A DNA stretch of 64,000 nucleotides. Origin: Antedon mediterranea. Its lineage: Eukaryota; Animalia; Echinodermata. The position numbers were made by a program, and so were the translations under genes. Of the stretch, positions 60,941 to 64,000 are shown in pieces (position 1 is the stretch's first letter; each line of letters begins with the position of its first letter). The stretch lies in the NCBI RefSeq assembly GCF_964355755.1, contig NC_092673.1, positions 5,704,001-5,768,000 on the forward strand. The letters are read 5' to 3'. Below the pieces are notes generated by a model. It did no database searches. It was not told where the DNA came from and was given only the letters and a program-made list of their open reading frames with translations.

Positions 60941-61678
60941 ATCGGGATTGTAGCATTAACATTTGGCAAATTTGCATGGAAAGCAGCACACCTGGTAATA
61001 ACAGAAAGATAAAGTTACGAGGATGGGGATAGAAGGAGCATCAGAAACCTTGATATGATTTTGGAAAGAACCATTTTTATTTATTTATTTCCATTAAAAT
61101 AACTTATCTGAAGTGGCAACTGTGATACTAAATACTAATTTTTCTATAAAATCATGTCAGCTTAGGTAAAAAAAAACCCTTATGTTTTATTTACGTTAAA
61201 AAAAATTGAATTAAATACCAGAATTTGTTTTACGAGTTGATCACTGCTGTAAAAATAAAAAATGACGTCATAGATAGAATGCCGCCTATCGACTCTATAC
61301 AATATTTTACAGACTTGTATTGCTAGTGTATAAATGCATTAACGAAGGAAAAGATTTTCCAAAATCAAAACTCTTTTAAACATACTCAAATTCTGACTAG
61401 AAGTGAATGATTACAGTTGTTGAGTTTTTTCTTTAATTCTTTACAATTTTTTTTTTTTTTTTTTTGCGCCTTTATTTTTGGGCCTCTTATGCCAAGATAA
61501 CTTTTTTTGGCCTAATCTCAAACTACACCAAAATATAGTTGCACAAGTGAACTTAAAACAATATCACATTTACTAATAAAAGAGTAATGATATTATAACA
61601 ATATCATCCATATCATCTCTATCAATGAATCTTCAAGGCACTGGCACTCATTACACTTTGCTACATATGATAACTTTA

Positions 61679-62385
61679 TCTATATATAAATTTACGTAAG
61701 GGCAAAATTCGGTAAATCGCGCCTTACTTCTAGAATTTTTACTCGATGGTATATAAAGTTGGTTCGTACCTTCGGTACTGATTTTAACCACCTGATGTAA
61801 CCCTGTTTACTAATTAAATTAAGTTAGATAATTAGTTATTGACGATTAAAACGAATTTAGGTTCAACGATTTGCCCCAAATAGGGGTGTTTTCCGATCGT
61901 GGTATACACTGTCTAATGGATGTCCATCTTGAAAAATACCCGCCACAAAAATGCGAGGAGGCTTCGCATTTTCCTATCTCCTCCTACGATAATTGTTTTT
62001 AATAGCTTTAATAATAGCTGAAAACTGGTTGAACAGCTAGAGTACAGCATCATAATGTTGAAGACAGGCCGATTTTCTTAAAAAAATACTATTTTGATAG
62101 ATTTAATATACGATTATACAAATGTATTGATTTGCGATGAATGGAACATCCCAATCTCTCAGTCTGCCAGAGTTTGGTTTAACACAAGTAGGTAAATTTA
62201 TGAGCTCTTGGTTTAACACATACGGTAGGTAAATATATAGGCCCTTTGAGAATAAACTTGCAATACTTTGACAATACTGTAAATACCTATTAACTATTTT
62301 TGGCCCGATTTTTGGTCCTCATTTGAATCGAACATTTCTTACTGTGAATGTTCGTACTGAAAGATGTAGTATAAAAATATATACA
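61679..62385 (+). mobile_element. Second copy (5' part) of the Helitron at 48405-49404
   Basis: A|TCTATATATAAATTTACGTAAGGGCAAA start, colinear homology, and an extra ~270-bp internal block. Confidence 0.75.
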
Positions 62386-62387
62386 AA

Positions 62388-64000
62388 CTAGAATTTAATT
62401 CGTCACTCTGACGAATTATAGGTGATCATTTTTATCATTTTAATGAAATTAAACATGCATGTACGTTAACATACGATCGTTAAAAGTTGATGTACGCCAT
62501 CCTATGACATGATGCTTACGCTTATAGTGCTGAGTTGTGCCTATTATATGCCACATTATGTACAGTATATACTGTATATCTATATACAGTGTAGCATAGG
62601 TGAAATTACGGGACACACATCATGTTCCAATTTTTTGATATGATGGAATTATCAAAATAAACTCAAAGATGACAATTTTGAAAGATAATGAATTGAGCAA
62701 ATAAATATAAGAATTGGAAGAAAATTTGGCACGTAGAAGCGCTGTACGCGCTCTTTGAAATTTGTATAACTTTTACGAAAAAGATGAAAATACTACTTTT
62801 TAACTTCAACTGGCCATATGTTAACGTCACAACATCCAATAGGCTTGATTTTTATATGAATTCATATCTACATTTCATCAGCTTTCATAATAAATTATAA
62901 TCATCAAGGTAAGCTTTAATTCTGAAGAGCTGTAAGATATTCAAATTTACGGTGAAGGTGAAATTACACGACCTATTTTAATCAAGTTTTTACGCGTGAT
63001 GACGTCATCAAAATAAAAGTAGTGGCAAGTCATAAGAAAGTCAATTAATTGAGCAATCACATACTGAAAATTGAGCGAAAACCGGGCACAAAGTAACAGA
63101 GATGCGTTTTATTAAATGTGAAAAAGAATGACAAAAGAGAAAAATAACTTAATTTTAAATTCAAGTGGCCATTTGATGACGTAAACAAATTTTGTACGTA
63201 AAATGTGTACATGAATTCATATCTAAAACTCAACGGCTTCCAGAAAAAGTTAAAAAAATTGGGGGTCATCGTGCATTCTGAAGAATTATTTTCATTTTAA
63301 AATTGCCTTATTTTTCACCATTTTCAACACTTTGATGCAATTAATTTGCGCATTTTGTCATTTTGAACCTGCACGTAAAGCGTTATTTTATATCGGAACT
63401 GACTCAAATTTGATGAATGTACTAAAGATGGTGAGTAGAATGCGATTTGTAAAAAAAATCGTATTTTTTACGCTTTTTAAGTATCGCGCGCGGAAAAATT
63501 TTTTTTTGCGCAGTAATTTTTTGAAACACGCAAATGGCCTAATTCATGCTCTAAATTGATCAAAACTGAATTTTGAGGTTTTTTAATTTTTAAAGCGCGA
63601 TTTCACGCGCATGATCCTACGTGTGCGTGCGTTTTTATTTGCTAATATTTTTACCCTTGACCTGAAGTTTACGTTTAGTGAATTACATTAATATGTGATA
63701 ATTAATTATGGAGATATGATTGATAATGTGTTTTCACAAAATGGCGTATAAATTACGTCACGGTTGAGTGATCACGCTGAAAAGCTTATTAGAACTAAGT
63801 TAAAGTATTTGAAAGACATTGTGAAATTTTGATAATCATTGACATTAAACTTTTTGAGATATCTGTTACACAAAATCTGTACAGAAAGTAATAAATAACT
63901 AGACATGTAACTCGTCACTTTGACGAGTTTGGTTATCCGCCGCGCAAGTGGTGCAACATTAACATTAAGGGGATAGGTTGAGGACAAAAGGAAGTGTTCA
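62388..64000 (-). mobile_element. Helitron/Helentron-like element (3' end at 62388) with internal ~350-bp direct repeats, running off the window
   Basis: Minus strand ends AATTCGTCA-GAG-TGACGAATT hairpin ... CTAG followed by TTT. Direct repeats at about 62690-62940 and 63047-63290. Confidence 0.5.

Noticed and set aside
386-63987. The many 60-110 aa ORFs antisense to exons or in introns and repeats
   Set aside because: F/L/I/Y-rich translations with no recognisable motifs, as expected by chance in AT-rich DNA.

Overview
AT-rich, intron-rich animal genomic DNA (inferred invertebrate deuterostome, echinoderm-like; not provable from sequence alone). It is not prokaryotic, so most short ORFs in the track are exon pieces or noise. 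Six spliced genes were rebuilt by hand with phase-consistent splice sites: EDRF1 (-, runs off the left edge) head-to-head with PRADC1 (+), a Ly6/uPAR three-finger GPI-protein gene (-), PRCP (-), and SCYL3 (-) head-to-head with METTL13 (+). Downstream of METTL13 lies a partial duplicate of its 3' half. Its upstream exon copies are damaged or missing, but the last two exons are intact and in phase, and the terminal exon differs mainly at synonymous sites, suggesting an alternative 3' exon cassette. Introns hold many nested mobile elements (CR1 and L2/Crack LINEs, Harbinger-, Kolobok- and Tc1/pogo-type MITEs, Helitron/Helentron elements, a decayed Academ-like transposon, SINEs) and tandem arrays. 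Several unusual splice-site events are visible. No CRISPR, rRNA or bona fide tRNA genes were seen.
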